44,341 nucleotides of DNA from Polyangiaceae bacterium (GTDB lineage: Bacteria; Myxococcota_A; Polyangia; Polyangiales; Polyangiaceae). The notes beneath the pieces are model-generated. The model searched no databases. It was not told the origin of the DNA and saw only the letters and a list, made by a program, of their open reading frames with translations. Made by a program: the position numbers and the translations under genes. The stretch lies in assembly GCA_050287085.1 (NCBI GenBank), contig JBNKBE010000009.1, positions 195,834 through 240,174 of the forward strand, given 5' to 3'. Shown one piece after another: positions 26,510-37,100 of this stretch (its first letter is position 1; each line of letters begins with the position of its first letter).

Positions 26510-28739
26510 TCCCCCCTGCCAGATCGCCGACGACGGCGAGCATCACTGCGCCACCTGTGGAGTGCCGCTCGATCCCTTGCGTGCGGGTAGCGTTCGCCTA
26601 TTCGAGGACAGCTTTCGGTTCTTCTGTTCCGCGCAGTGCAGCGCTGAGTACGAACCGGAGACCAACGCGGAGACCATGGCGCAGCACCCGCGACCGCGGC
26701 GGGCCGCATTGAGCGACGACGCAGTGTCGACGCTCGACGGGGATGAGCGCCCGAGGCCGCCTGGGGCTCGAGCCCAGGGCGAGCCGCAGGCAGCGCAAAC
26801 ACCACGCCCCCTGTCCGAAGTCGAGGCGGCCACCAATGCTAAGCCAAAGCCGGAGTCCCAGCGCGTTATTCCAAGCGCGGCGACCGCGGCGGGGCCGCTG
26901 GGGTCACGCTGGCCACTGACGAGCATTGCGCTGGGCTCAGCGGGCCTGTCGCTAGCGTTGCTGCTTGCCTTGGAAAGCCGTACCACGCTCTTGTTGCGCA
27001 GCGCCTTGGCGCTGCTTGGCGCGCTCTCGCTCGCCCTCGAGCATCCTGACGCGTTTCAAGCGCGACAGCGTGTTATACTGTGGCTTTGTCGAGCTCTTCC
27101 CGCGGCAACGGCGCTGCTCTCGCTGCTCTACGCTCTGCTCTCCCTGGACGCCGCGTCTTCGGCAGCGTCCCTGGCGGGCACGGTCTTGCTGCTCTACGCG
27201 ACGGCGTCTGCCCTGCTGCAGAAGCTCGCCAAGCCGCTGCTCGCTGAACAACAGCGACAGCTCACCTTTGCCGCAACGCCCCACGAAGGGCCGCAGCCCG
27301 GCGAACGAATCGTATTGCACGCCGGTGACGTCGTCATGGCCGACGTTACCGTCGCCTCCGGAACAGCGGAAGTCCTGGCATGGCCGGATGCGGAAACACC
27401 CCAGCATGTCACCGTGGAGGACAATCTCTTCGCTGGAGCCCGACTGCTCAGCGGACAGCTGCAAGCGACGGTACGTTGGACCGGGCCAGACCGACGTTGG
27501 CTTCGTCTAACACAGGACCCCCAGCGCAGGGTTGACCTGCACGCACCTGTCGTCGGTTTCGCCAAACGGGTCGCCACGCGCGGAGCACTGTTGGGCGCCG
27601 CGCTCGGCATCGGGCTTGCCGTTGGAACTCACAGCGACGCCGGCCATGCCGCGCTGCGTTTGCTCGCGATACTGAGCGTATTCGGCAACCCCGCCCTCGT
27701 GGAATTGCCTGCCCTGCTCACGCAAAACCTCGCCCTCCGGGCGGCTCGGAAGGGTATTGCCTTCCGCTCTGCGGGCGCTTTGGACGAAGCGGGCAAGGTC
27801 TCCATGCTGGTGTTCTGTGCGCGCGGCACACTGTTGCTCGGCGAACCCGAGCTGTCGAGCGTCGACACCTTCGGACGACTGTCCCAAGATGAAGTTCTGG
27901 CGCTCGTAGCCGGGGTCGAACAAGGGCGAAGCAGCCCAAGCGCCCTCGCTATCGCGCGCGCCGCACGCGCGCGCGACGTGCAGCCCGACGCCATTCGCAG
28001 CCCGGAACGCGAACCTGGACGCGGTACGCGAGCCATCGCATCAAGCGGCGCCCCACTCGTCATTGGGACCCGAGGCTTGATGCTCAGCGAGCATATCAGC
28101 GTGGCACGCGCTGAAGCGCGCATCACGGAGCTGGAGGCCGTTGGACGGGAGGCCATTTTGGTCGCTCTGGGCGGACACCTGGTCGGGATCTTGGCGCTCC
28201 AAGACGGGCTGGCATCGGGTGCTCGCGCGGCGGTCCAACACTTGCTCGATGCGAATGTAGAGCCCGTTTTGATCTCCGGAGACGCACGCCAAACGTGCGA
28301 GGCCCTCGGCCGCACCATCGACATTGACCATATTCGTCCCGAGATCTTGCCCGCGGCCCGCGGCGAAGAGATTCAGCGACTCCAGTCAGGCGGAGCCACC
28401 GTGGCGGTGGTGGGCCGCACCCCCACCGACGATCTGGCCCTCAGCCAGGCGGCGGTTTCAGTCGTGCTGCCAAGTCCCGGTTTCAGTGCCAGCGACTTTG
28501 ACATCGAGCTCGCAGACAATAGCGTGCAAGCGGCCGCGCTGAGCATTGGCATGGCGCAGCGGGGACGTCGCGCCGCTTACGCCGCGCTAGGCACGGTTGG
28601 CGTCGGCAGTGCCTTCGCTCTGATATTGCTCGGCTTGTCACTCTCTTCCGCGGTGGCTCCCCTCGCCGCATGTGTCGCTACCCTCGTCGGCGGATTTCGC
28701 GCCAGCGAGCGCTTCGCCGACGAAGAGGCCCGACGCTAG
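26493..28739 (+). CDS. P1B-type ATPase homolog with YHS/TRASH-like domain and replaced catalytic motifs (probable pseudoenzyme)
   Basis: N-terminal C..C...FFCS..C; TM helices; P/N-domain context retained (AARKGI.F, GTL..GEP, PGRG, SGD), but DKTGT reads CARGT and GDG.ND reads GRTPTD. Confidence 0.8.
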   Translation: MSQWPDPPCQIADDGEHHCATCGVPLDPLRAGSVRLFEDSFRFFCSAQCSAEYEPETNAETMAQHPRPRRAALSDDAVSTLDGDERPRPPGARAQGEPQAAQTPRPLSEVEAATNAKPKPESQRVIPSAATAAGPLGSRWPLTSIALGSAGLSLALLLALESRTTLLLRSALALLGALSLALEHPDAFQARQRVILWLCRALPAATALLSLLYALLSLDAASSAASLAGTVLLLYATASALLQKLAKPLLAEQQRQLTFAATPHEGPQPGERIVLHAGDVVMADVTVASGTAEVLAWPDAETPQHVTVEDNLFAGARLLSGQLQATVRWTGPDRRWLRLTQDPQRRVDLHAPVVGFAKRVATRGALLGAALGIGLAVGTHSDAGHAALRLLAILSVFGNPALVELPALLTQNLALRAARKGIAFRSAGALDEAGKVSMLVFCARGTLLLGEPELSSVDTFGRLSQDEVLALVAGVEQGRSSPSALAIARAARARDVQPDAIRSPEREPGRGTRAIASSGAPLVIGTRGLMLSEHISVARAEARITELEAVGREAILVALGGHLVGILALQDGLASGARAAVQHLLDANVEPVLISGDARQTCEALGRTIDIDHIRPEILPAARGEEIQRLQSGGATVAVVGRTPTDDLALSQAAVSVVLPSPGFSASDFDIELADNSVQAAALSIGMAQRGRRAAYAALGTVGVGSAFALILLGLSLSSAVAPLAACVATLVGGFRASERFADEEARR

Positions 28740-28750
28740 CGGCACTGGGC

Positions 28751-28780
28751 TTGACCCGATTGGATCGCGGTGCCTACAAC
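28751..28780 (+). promoter_or_regulatory. Candidate sigma70-type promoter for fur
   Basis: TTGACC-18 bp-TACAAC, ending 6 bp before ATG 28787; no RBS. Confidence 0.4.
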
Positions 28781-28786
28781 GGCGCC

Positions 28787-29290
28787 ATGAGTGGCTCCCC
28801 GCAAGAAGACGAGGTCCAACACAATCGCTTACGTGAGCAGCTCAAGAGCTACATGGAGGAGCAAGGACTGCGCTCCACCGGGCAGCGCCGGCACATCGTC
28901 GAAATCTTCTTCGATTGCGGCCGTCACGTTACGATCGACGAGTTGCTCGAGCTAGTGCGCAAGCGCGATCCAGGAATCGGCTACGCCACGGTGTACCGAA
29001 CGATGAAGATGCTGACGGCAGGAGGCGTCGCCCATGAACACAAGTTTTCCGATGGGATGACGCGCTACGAGCTGGCCGACGAAGGGGCTCATCACGATCA
29101 TCTGATCTGTGTTCGCTGTGGTCGCATTCAAGAGTTTGAAGAACCCTTGATCGAAGAGCTGCAACAGCGGATCGCCTCACACTACAACTTCGCGCTAGTC
29201 GATCACAAACACGAGCTCTACGGCGTATGCCAGGGTGGTAAGTGCGACGGCAAGGGTTGGACTTCCCGAATGCCCGAGCACGAGGACTGA
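28787..29290 (+). CDS. fur: Fur-family transcriptional repressor
   Basis: GLRST.QR, H.TIDEL, IGYATVYRT, HHDHLIC..CG.I.EF, H..ELYGVC. Confidence 0.92.
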   Translation: MSGSPQEDEVQHNRLREQLKSYMEEQGLRSTGQRRHIVEIFFDCGRHVTIDELLELVRKRDPGIGYATVYRTMKMLTAGGVAHEHKFSDGMTRYELADEGAHHDHLICVRCGRIQEFEEPLIEELQQRIASHYNFALVDHKHELYGVCQGGKCDGKGWTSRMPEHED

Positions 29291-29307
29291 GCGCGCTTCC
29301 GCCGAAC

Positions 29308-29907
29308 TCACTCGACGAGCTCTACCGGCTGGGTACGCAGCTCCGTGACCAGCCACTCACAGCGTGCGTCGTGAGGCTCCACCGGAACCGGCATGATCTC
29401 TTCGTCAAATAGAACGATCGCGCGCTGCGCCGACGGGGCAAAACGGGGCAGAACGCGGTCGTAGAAGCCCGCGCCATATCCCAATCGATACCCCGCCTGG
29501 GAAGCTGCAAGCGCCGGCACCAATATCCAGTCGAGCGCTTCTGGAGACGGCGCGGGCAACGGCTGACGAAAGCCGCGCGTCGTCACTACCAGCTCTGCTT
29601 CACTGTGGACGCGTCCGAAGCCGTTCTCCCCAGTGTCGGACATGAACGGGAAGTAGACAGGCAAGCCGCGCCCGAGAAGCTCTCCGCAAAGCGGTGAGAT
29701 ATCAAGCTCACCGTGTTTCAACATCGGCCAGAACAGCGCAACGCTGCGCGCTCCGACGAGCAGCGCCGACAATCTAGCCGTCACGTCGCGGCTGCAAGCA
29801 GCACGCTCCTCCGCAGAGCGCTCGAGCCGCTTGGCTCGCAGCCGCTCGCGCAATGCGCGTTTGGCTCGCTTCCCGCCTTCCGTCTCGCTCTTGATTCCGA
29901 TGCCCAT
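29308..29907 (-). CDS. 5-formyltetrahydrofolate cyclo-ligase
   Basis: K..LR..LR N-terminus, LD.ILVPAL, GYRLGYGAGFYDR, EPHD. Confidence 0.92.
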   Translation of the reverse strand: MGIGIKSETEGGKRAKRALRERLRAKRLERSAEERAACSRDVTARLSALLVGARSVALFWPMLKHGELDISPLCGELLGRGLPVYFPFMSDTGENGFGRVHSEAELVVTTRGFRQPLPAPSPEALDWILVPALAASQAGYRLGYGAGFYDRVLPRFAPSAQRAIVLFDEEIMPVPVEPHDARCEWLVTELRTQPVELVE

Positions 29908-30164
29908 CTTGCGCCCCTATGAAAGCCTTCAGTCCTTCGTGGACCGCCGCAACGGTACAGACTTTGTTGTGGAAGGCGCCACGGGCGCAAGGCTTGAGAG
30001 CCGCCCGCCCCGCTCGCCCCGCGCGCATTGTGCGGCCAATTTGGGCCCCGGGGTCGGGCGCCATGAGACGGGACGCAAGCCGACAACGGGCCCACGGCGG
30101 CCCCGCTACGGACGTCTCGGGTCTTGCGCCTGCCGAGCGATTGTGGAATCAAGCAAACGCGCCA

Positions 30165-30854
30165 ATGGGGATCTCGCTGAAGAGCGCCTGGCTTGGATAT
30201 AGCGGGCAGTCGGTACTGCGGGGCTGCACCCTCGATGTCGGCCGCGGCGATAGCGTGGTCGTCACAGGAGCCAACGGCGCAGGCAAGTCGACCCTGCTTT
30301 TTGCGTGTGCCGGCCTCGTCGACCTCGACAGCGGAACGGCCAAGCTCGGGGGACAACCGGCAGCGCCCGCACGCAGCGGAGAGTTGTTTCGAAGCGGTGT
30401 TCGTTGTGGATTCGTCTTCCAGGAGGGCGGGCTCATGGCGAATATGAGCGCCGTCGCAAACGTGGGGTTGGCCCTACGCTACCACGCTGACGTTCTTGGC
30501 CTAACGCTCGAAGAGGTCGAGCGACGCTCGAAGCTTGCCCTTGAACGAGTGCGCATCCGCGCCAGCGACTACTACGCACTCCCGGCGCACCTATCCTTTG
30601 GGGTACGCAAGCGCCTCGCCCTGGCCCGGGCCATCGCGCTCGAACCCAACTATTTCTTCTTCGACGACCCGGACGTCGGTCTCGATCCCGAAACCGCCGC
30701 ACTGGTCCACGAGATTCTCTGTTCCTACCGAGACGACCCCGACGTAACCATGGTTGTAGCTACCAACCGTGATCTGCTGATCGATCGCCTCAAGGTACGC
30801 GGTCTCGAGCTGGCTCGGGGTGTACTGGCCAAGCACAAGAGCAGTCAGTACTAG
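30165..30854 (+). CDS. ABC ATP-binding protein (MlaF-like), orphan, with atypical Walker B/H-loop
   Basis: Walker A GANGAGKS, Q-loop GFVFQ, signature LSFGVRKR, FFFDDPDVGLDP; ATG 30165 preferred over 29919. Confidence 0.85.
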   Translation: MGISLKSAWLGYSGQSVLRGCTLDVGRGDSVVVTGANGAGKSTLLFACAGLVDLDSGTAKLGGQPAAPARSGELFRSGVRCGFVFQEGGLMANMSAVANVGLALRYHADVLGLTLEEVERRSKLALERVRIRASDYYALPAHLSFGVRKRLALARAIALEPNYFFFDDPDVGLDPETAALVHEILCSYRDDPDVTMVVATNRDLLIDRLKVRGLELARGVLAKHKSSQY

Positions 30855-31114
30855 CGGCCGCCGCAAGGCTTGCGCCTGCGCTCCGCAATTTTCGCCGGCT
30901 CCGTCTTCGAAAACACGATGCCGGCGGACTCCCATGGGCAGCGAACACGCGCTCGCCTGTGCCCGGCATAGAGCAGAGAAGGCTCATTGTACACGGCAGT
31001 ACCTTCCTCGGATACATAGCTTCAGAAAACCAGGAAGATAGGCGACAATGACCATTTCGACCACGTCATCGAAGTGTCGTTGTCTCAACCGCGGGTTCCT
31101 GACATAGCGAGTCA

Positions 31115-34100
31115 ATGTCGCTCCTACGGTATGCATCGCGGTTTCTGAGGACTAGCGTCTTCCTGGGAGCCGAGTGGCTCGCGCTGGGCTGCAGTTCGAC
31201 GAGCAAGGAGCCGCCCGCGATAGAACTCCGTTCGCGCGGAGCGGCCCTGCAAGAAAGTAGTCTAGAAGTCTGGGCTCGAGTTGAAGCGCCTGACGATGCG
31301 GCCTGGGTCAAGCCACGAATCTATGTAAAGAATAGGGGAACAACGCCTCTCTCGAGCTTCCTTGTCGATTTCTATTTCACGGAACCGCCAACGGCATCAC
31401 CCGTTGTGGAGGACTGGCACACACCAGCAAGCACTCCACAGATTGAAGTGCTCGGCGACAACCAGTACCGACTGGTCTACGACTACGCAAACGTCACGCT
31501 CGCACCCGGAGCCGTCGTCCCAGACTCAGCCGGCTCTGTCGTAGGCCTTCATCATTCAGACTACAGCGACTGGTTCAAGGCCGACGACTATTCCTACCAG
31601 GGACTTACCAGCTCCTTTTCACTTGCAGAAAATATCGTGGTGCGGGGACAAGATGGCACCGTCTTATATGGAGCCCCCCCCCCAATGCCTCAGGGGTCGA
31701 CGCCTGACGGCAACGGGGCGTCGGGCAGTGGTGGGACTCCGGGCGCGGCAGAGCCAAGCATAGGGTTCTACGTCCAATGGCCATCCGAGCATAGTCTCGA
31801 TCAATTGGTCTTCGGAAGCAACGAGATGCTCCAGATACGCGACGGCGTACAGCTCGAGTCCTCCGTCGGCAGCTCGAGACCGATCGCGGCAAACCTCGGA
31901 GCGGGCCTTCTCGAGGTCGGTCAGCAGGCACAGACCGGGACGCTCTTCGGCGCTGGAAATGTGACGACGCTGCGGGGAGCCCAAGTGCACGGCGATATCA
32001 TCGCTACGGGCTCCTACACTGCACAGACGGGGACTGCAGTGAGCGGCACTTACCCGCCCCCGAATCGCGTTTTCGAAACCAGTCGCACCCACTTCAGGGT
32101 GACATTCCCCGCGGAGAAAGCAGCGGTGAGCATGGATAGGCTGGTCGCCCTGGTACCGGGCGCATACAGCGCGCTCAGTATCACCAACGGTCAAGAAGTT
32201 ACCCTGACGGGACCGGGTCGCTATTACTTTGACACCCTTGGAATCGAGCCAGAAGGTACGTTGCGGCTGCGGAATTCGGCAGGCGGCATTGAGATATTCG
32301 TTCGGAGCGGGGATAGCTTCGTACGTGGCGACTGGAAGCTGGATGAGCCCCGTCAAGCCAACATACTCCTCGCACACGCCGGAGAGGGAAATGTTAGCGT
32401 GGCACGCCCCTTTAGGGGAACCTTGGTCGCCCCCTGGGCTAACGTGGAACTAGCTACTCTCAGCGCTGGGGAGTGGCACGAGGGTTCGTTCTTTGCGCGT
32501 ACCATAGTTCAGCACCCGCATACGGCTGTCCGTTTGCGGCCTTACGTGGCCGACTGCAGCTGGTTCGCAAGTACCTGTTCCGAAACCTTGGGCTGCTCGT
32601 TGCCCGACGCGGACTCGGATAGCTTGTCTGATTGCCAAGAGCAGGGTGATGGAAGCCCTTGGACGGATCCCCAAGTCCCAAACGGCATCCGCATGCGATG
32701 GGACGACGAGTGCAGCTTTTCGACGAACGAGATATGTCCGGCCATCGACACCCCGAGCGAGGTGAATGCGTGCCTCGGACCCCAGCCCCAGGAGGAAGTT
32801 GACGCCACTGCCGGGTTTTCGTGGCACGACGTAACAACGACCAGCATCTGTGATGTGGGCTACGGCTTCATCCCTCCGTTCTCGAGTTGCAGTGATACCT
32901 GGACCTTGCACGCACAGGGTTTTCTTTGGGTGCCCCAAGACGGCTACGAATGCTTTAGTGTCGCCGGTGATGACCAAACGTCGTGTGGGGCGCTATTCCT
33001 CGCTGAGCAACCCGAAGCGTTGCTCAGCGGGGCTGGCTCCACCTGCTATTGGTTGACACAAGGAGCGCATGAGATTCGCTGGTTCCGCGCTGCCGCTCCA
33101 GGGAGCACTGGAGACTTCGGGGTAGATCACTGCTCCGGCGGCGCTGAACCGTGCGAGCCCACGAGCACCATTCGCATAGACGTGCTGCGTCCCGAACGCT
33201 GCGGCGCAGGTGAATGCACTTCTTATTGTCCTTGTGGCGAGGGCGGCGGCGCCTGCGCCCGCGATGCCGACTGTACGGAAGGCCTCGTCTGCACCGCGGG
33301 GTTAGCAACTCAAAACGGTCTCCCCGAAGGCTCGTCAACGTGCCTTTTGCCCCTATGCACGACCGATCCGACCGATCCTCGGTGTCATAAGCGGCCCCCA
33401 AGTTGCGAAACTAATTCCGACTGTACACGTGGAAAGTGTCTGGACGCCGGATACAAATATGGCTTCGCCGCCGGGGGGAAGCTGTGCTTTGACGACGACT
33501 TCTGTAGCAGCTCCGCTGGAGCCGACTATTGCGGCGCCGCAGACGCTCTCTGCGGCCTGTGCGAATGTGCCCCGGACTGTTCTGGAAAGGCCTGCGGCGA
33601 CGACCCATCTGACGGCTGCGGGGGCTACTGTCCCGAGATATGTGGCCCAGGTGAACAAGGCTGTACGCACAGCGCATCCTGCTCCGGCGACGAGCTCTGC
33701 CTGCAAGGACAATGTCTCCCCCCCATCTGCGGCACGACTGATTGCAATGACGCGGAGTGCGGAAGCAGTTGCGATACCTGTACGCCGCTGTGCCTCGGAC
33801 GAGTTTGTGGGATCGACCTCCGCTGCGGGGTATCGTGTGGAACGTGTGGCGAGGGGAGTTCGTGCTTCAATGGGATCTGCAAGCTCAGTCCATCGGCTCC
33901 TCGCACCGACGTGCCAGACTCTCCAACCGCTGGCAGAAAGGTTACACCCGCCATCGGGAGTATTCCCGGTACTCTCACTGTCTCGCCAACCGGTGAGGCA
34001 CGCTACCACGTTCCCATAGCCCTACCGCCCGCGCGAAACGGGCACTCTCCTGATCTCGCCTTGGTCTACGCCGGGAACCGTGCTCCCGGTATCGCCGGAG

Positions 34101-37100
34101 TCGGCTGGACCGTGAGCGGATTGTCCGCCATCGCGCGCTGCGCAAAAACGACTGCTATTGACGGCTGGCCCGAGCCCGTCCGGGGCGACGACGCAACGGA
34201 CGCCTATTGTCTCGACGGCCAGCGCCTCGTGCTCACTAGCGGAAGCGCTGGCTCCGACGGGGCCACGTATAGGACACGAACCGAAGCCTTCGTCGACGTA
34301 ACCTACCACCGCTTGGAAGGTGCCAATGGCTTCCAGAATACCTATTGGACCATGCGAACCAAGTCAGGTGAATTCCGTGAGTACGGGAAGCGTTATCGGA
34401 CCTACATGGGTCTTGCCGGGGCCACCGCAGTACCCCGCGTCTGGCCCGTCGATCGGGTGGTCGCACGCGACGGAGCTGCAAGAACCTACGAGTATCAATG
34501 TGATGGCTTGACGACGTTGGGGGGTGGCTATTGTGTCGTAGAGCTCCTACCACGTGCCATCCACTACGGCGGTTTCGCTCCGTATACTGAACAAGGTCTT
34601 GCGACTGAAGCAACGCACAGTTCGACACATACCATCGAGTTCAGCTACGAGCCGCGACAGAATCGGCAGATGTTCGTGGTCGGACCAGAAGCCTATTCAT
34701 CACTTGAGCGGCGTCTGCAACATGTGCGTGTTCGCCACGGAGGCTCAACGATGCTCGGCTACTGGTTGAGCTACTCTGAATCCACGCGCGGGTATGGAGA
34801 CCTACTCGGATCCGTTGAACAGTGTGCAATCCTCGACGGCGAGATCTACGAGGAGACGTGCATGCCTCCGCTTCTATTCGAATACGAAGATGATGCGGGC
34901 CCCACCTTTGAGGAGCCAATTAGTGCGCTCAACCCTTTTTGGGGAGACGACTTTGGCGGGGGCTTCTCAGTCCTTGATGTCAAGGTGCGCGAAGAACAGA
35001 AGAACATCAAACCCACAATCATGCTGGACCTAAATGGTGACAGCACCCCAGACTTCGTGCACCCCGGTCCTGCTGGTGCTTGGTGGGTGACGCTGGGGAA
35101 TAATTACGACGAGCATCCCCCTGTCAGGGCCGAGCGCGTAGAAGGCAAAATGAAGTGTATAGGGCCTGCGTCTGTCGCCGCCTTTGCCGACTTTGCCAGC
35201 GAAGGCAACCAGGCGCTTGTCGACACCTGTACCATCCACCCAAGCGGCGAGGTGAACTACTACGAACTCAACCCCCATCGAACCACGGGACCGCTACTCG
35301 AACGCCGGCTCTACCTTCCTGGCATTTTGGACAAGCACGTAGAGCAGGTGCTCCCAATCGATATCAACTTGGACGGCGATACTGAACTCATTGCGTGCGA
35401 TGTCAACGGTCCTGTGATGATCTGGACACGCAAGCAGCCCGGTTCAGCGTACCAAGGTTACCCGATCCCGCCTGTTCCCCGTCACGGCCGATGGCACAGC
35501 GCCAACGCGTGCAATTGGAACAACAATCAACTCGAACGCCCTTCCCCTCTGTTCATGGATACGGACGGGGACGGCACGCCCGATCTCCAAATCCAGGCTC
35601 CCCAAGGTTCGCAGGCCTTGCACTTTCGCTACCAAGACGATGAGCTCGTCGCGGAGTGGACACACGTAGGGCTGGACGTCGAGAGCGATGCCCCAACGTC
35701 GCTATTGGCGGGGCCCTTCCGTGCTATGGATGTCAACGGCGACGGCCTTCAGGATATTCTGGAACATCGAGCCTTTTTGCTTGGCCCCCAAAAAGACAGC
35801 GATGGCCTCGAAATTCGTGTAAAAAGCACTGATGCTGACCATCTCGGCATTGATGTCTACGCCTGGATGAATCGAGCTGGCTCCTTCTCGGATCTGTACT
35901 CGAATCTTCCGGCTGTCGAACTCGGCTACGACCACATTGAACCCACAGCCCCCCAAGGCTCTCCTTGGTGGCGCGGGGTCACAGCAAAGTTCTTCGAGAT
36001 CTCGCGAATCGCAGATCTGAACTTGAGCGGGCGCGGCGGCATCATCAGCTTCGTCCAAGAACAAGCTCACCGTGGCTGGCACTATGTGACCGCTGACAGC
36101 GTATTTGACCCAAGGCAACGGAAGCTGCTTTGGCGCGCCGAACGAATTCCCAGTCTTCCTTCCGAGGAGACTTGGACGACCAGCGCCATGGTCCCAATGT
36201 TTGCGGACTTCAACGGGGATGGCGTAACAGATGCACTGCTGCAACGAGGCTACACAAGCCAGCGGGATTTCAACGTCCGACTCTACCTCGGTCGTAACCC
36301 CCTGAGACGATTGCTCAAGAAAGTCACCGACGGTCTGGGCAATCAGACACTGATCACCCATTCGGTCTACAAGGACTATCTGGTCAATACCGAATGTGGG
36401 CCCCTACCGTATACGCGCTGCGCTGCGAGAGGTGGCAGCGTTGTGACCAGGCTCCTCACCAAGAACGCAAGCCAAGTGGACGACGCTACGGCCGAAGAAG
36501 GACATACCTTCTTTTCCTACTACGATCGGCGCGCCGCACGAGGAGGAGGCGGAAGCCTCGGATTCGGAAAGCGAATACAAAGCGACTACCAGCCAGGTCT
36601 TTCGCTGCCCATACGAACGGTAACCGAGACCTACGACAATGGATCGACAGGGCCCGCACCCGAATTTCCCTTTGCCGGGCGGCTGCTCCGACGCGTCACG
36701 GAAACAGCAGATGAGACCAATGGACTATCCGATCTCAACGCGCCAACCAGCGCGACGTCCAGGCCGATCACGCGCTTCAGAACAATCGAGTCTTTTACCT
36801 ATCAAGAGATGACCTCGGATGCGGGGCGCCCTTTTGTTGTGCTGACGGAACAAGAAGAGAGGCGCTATCAAGTCATTGGGGGAGAGCAACATGAGCTTTC
36901 TCGCACTATAGAGCGGTTTCACGATGCGACGGGAGCCAACGGCTTTGATTCGTACGGAAATCTCCACTACCGCAACAAGCAAACAACAGCGCCCTCCACA
37001 GACGGAACAACGGCAAGAGTCATCGTGACCGTTGAAGAGCACACTCAATACTATCCCAACGGAAAGCGCTCATCTGATGGCCCTACTGTTCCGACTCGCT

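Noticed and set aside
26493..28739. Functional copA/zntA, or a pseudogene
   Set aside because: It lacks the phosphorylated Asp and CPC site, so not a normal pump; the frame is unbroken, so there is no direct evidence of a pseudogene
29841..30037. Full-length ~200-nt 6S RNA using the outer repeat CAATGCGCG/CGCGCATTG
   Set aside because: The outer arm lies inside the conserved N-terminal coding region of the cyclo-ligase; only the inner hairpin is reported
30855..31114. tRNA or att direct repeat marking the left island boundary
   Set aside because: No cloverleaf or matching direct repeat could be identified by eye
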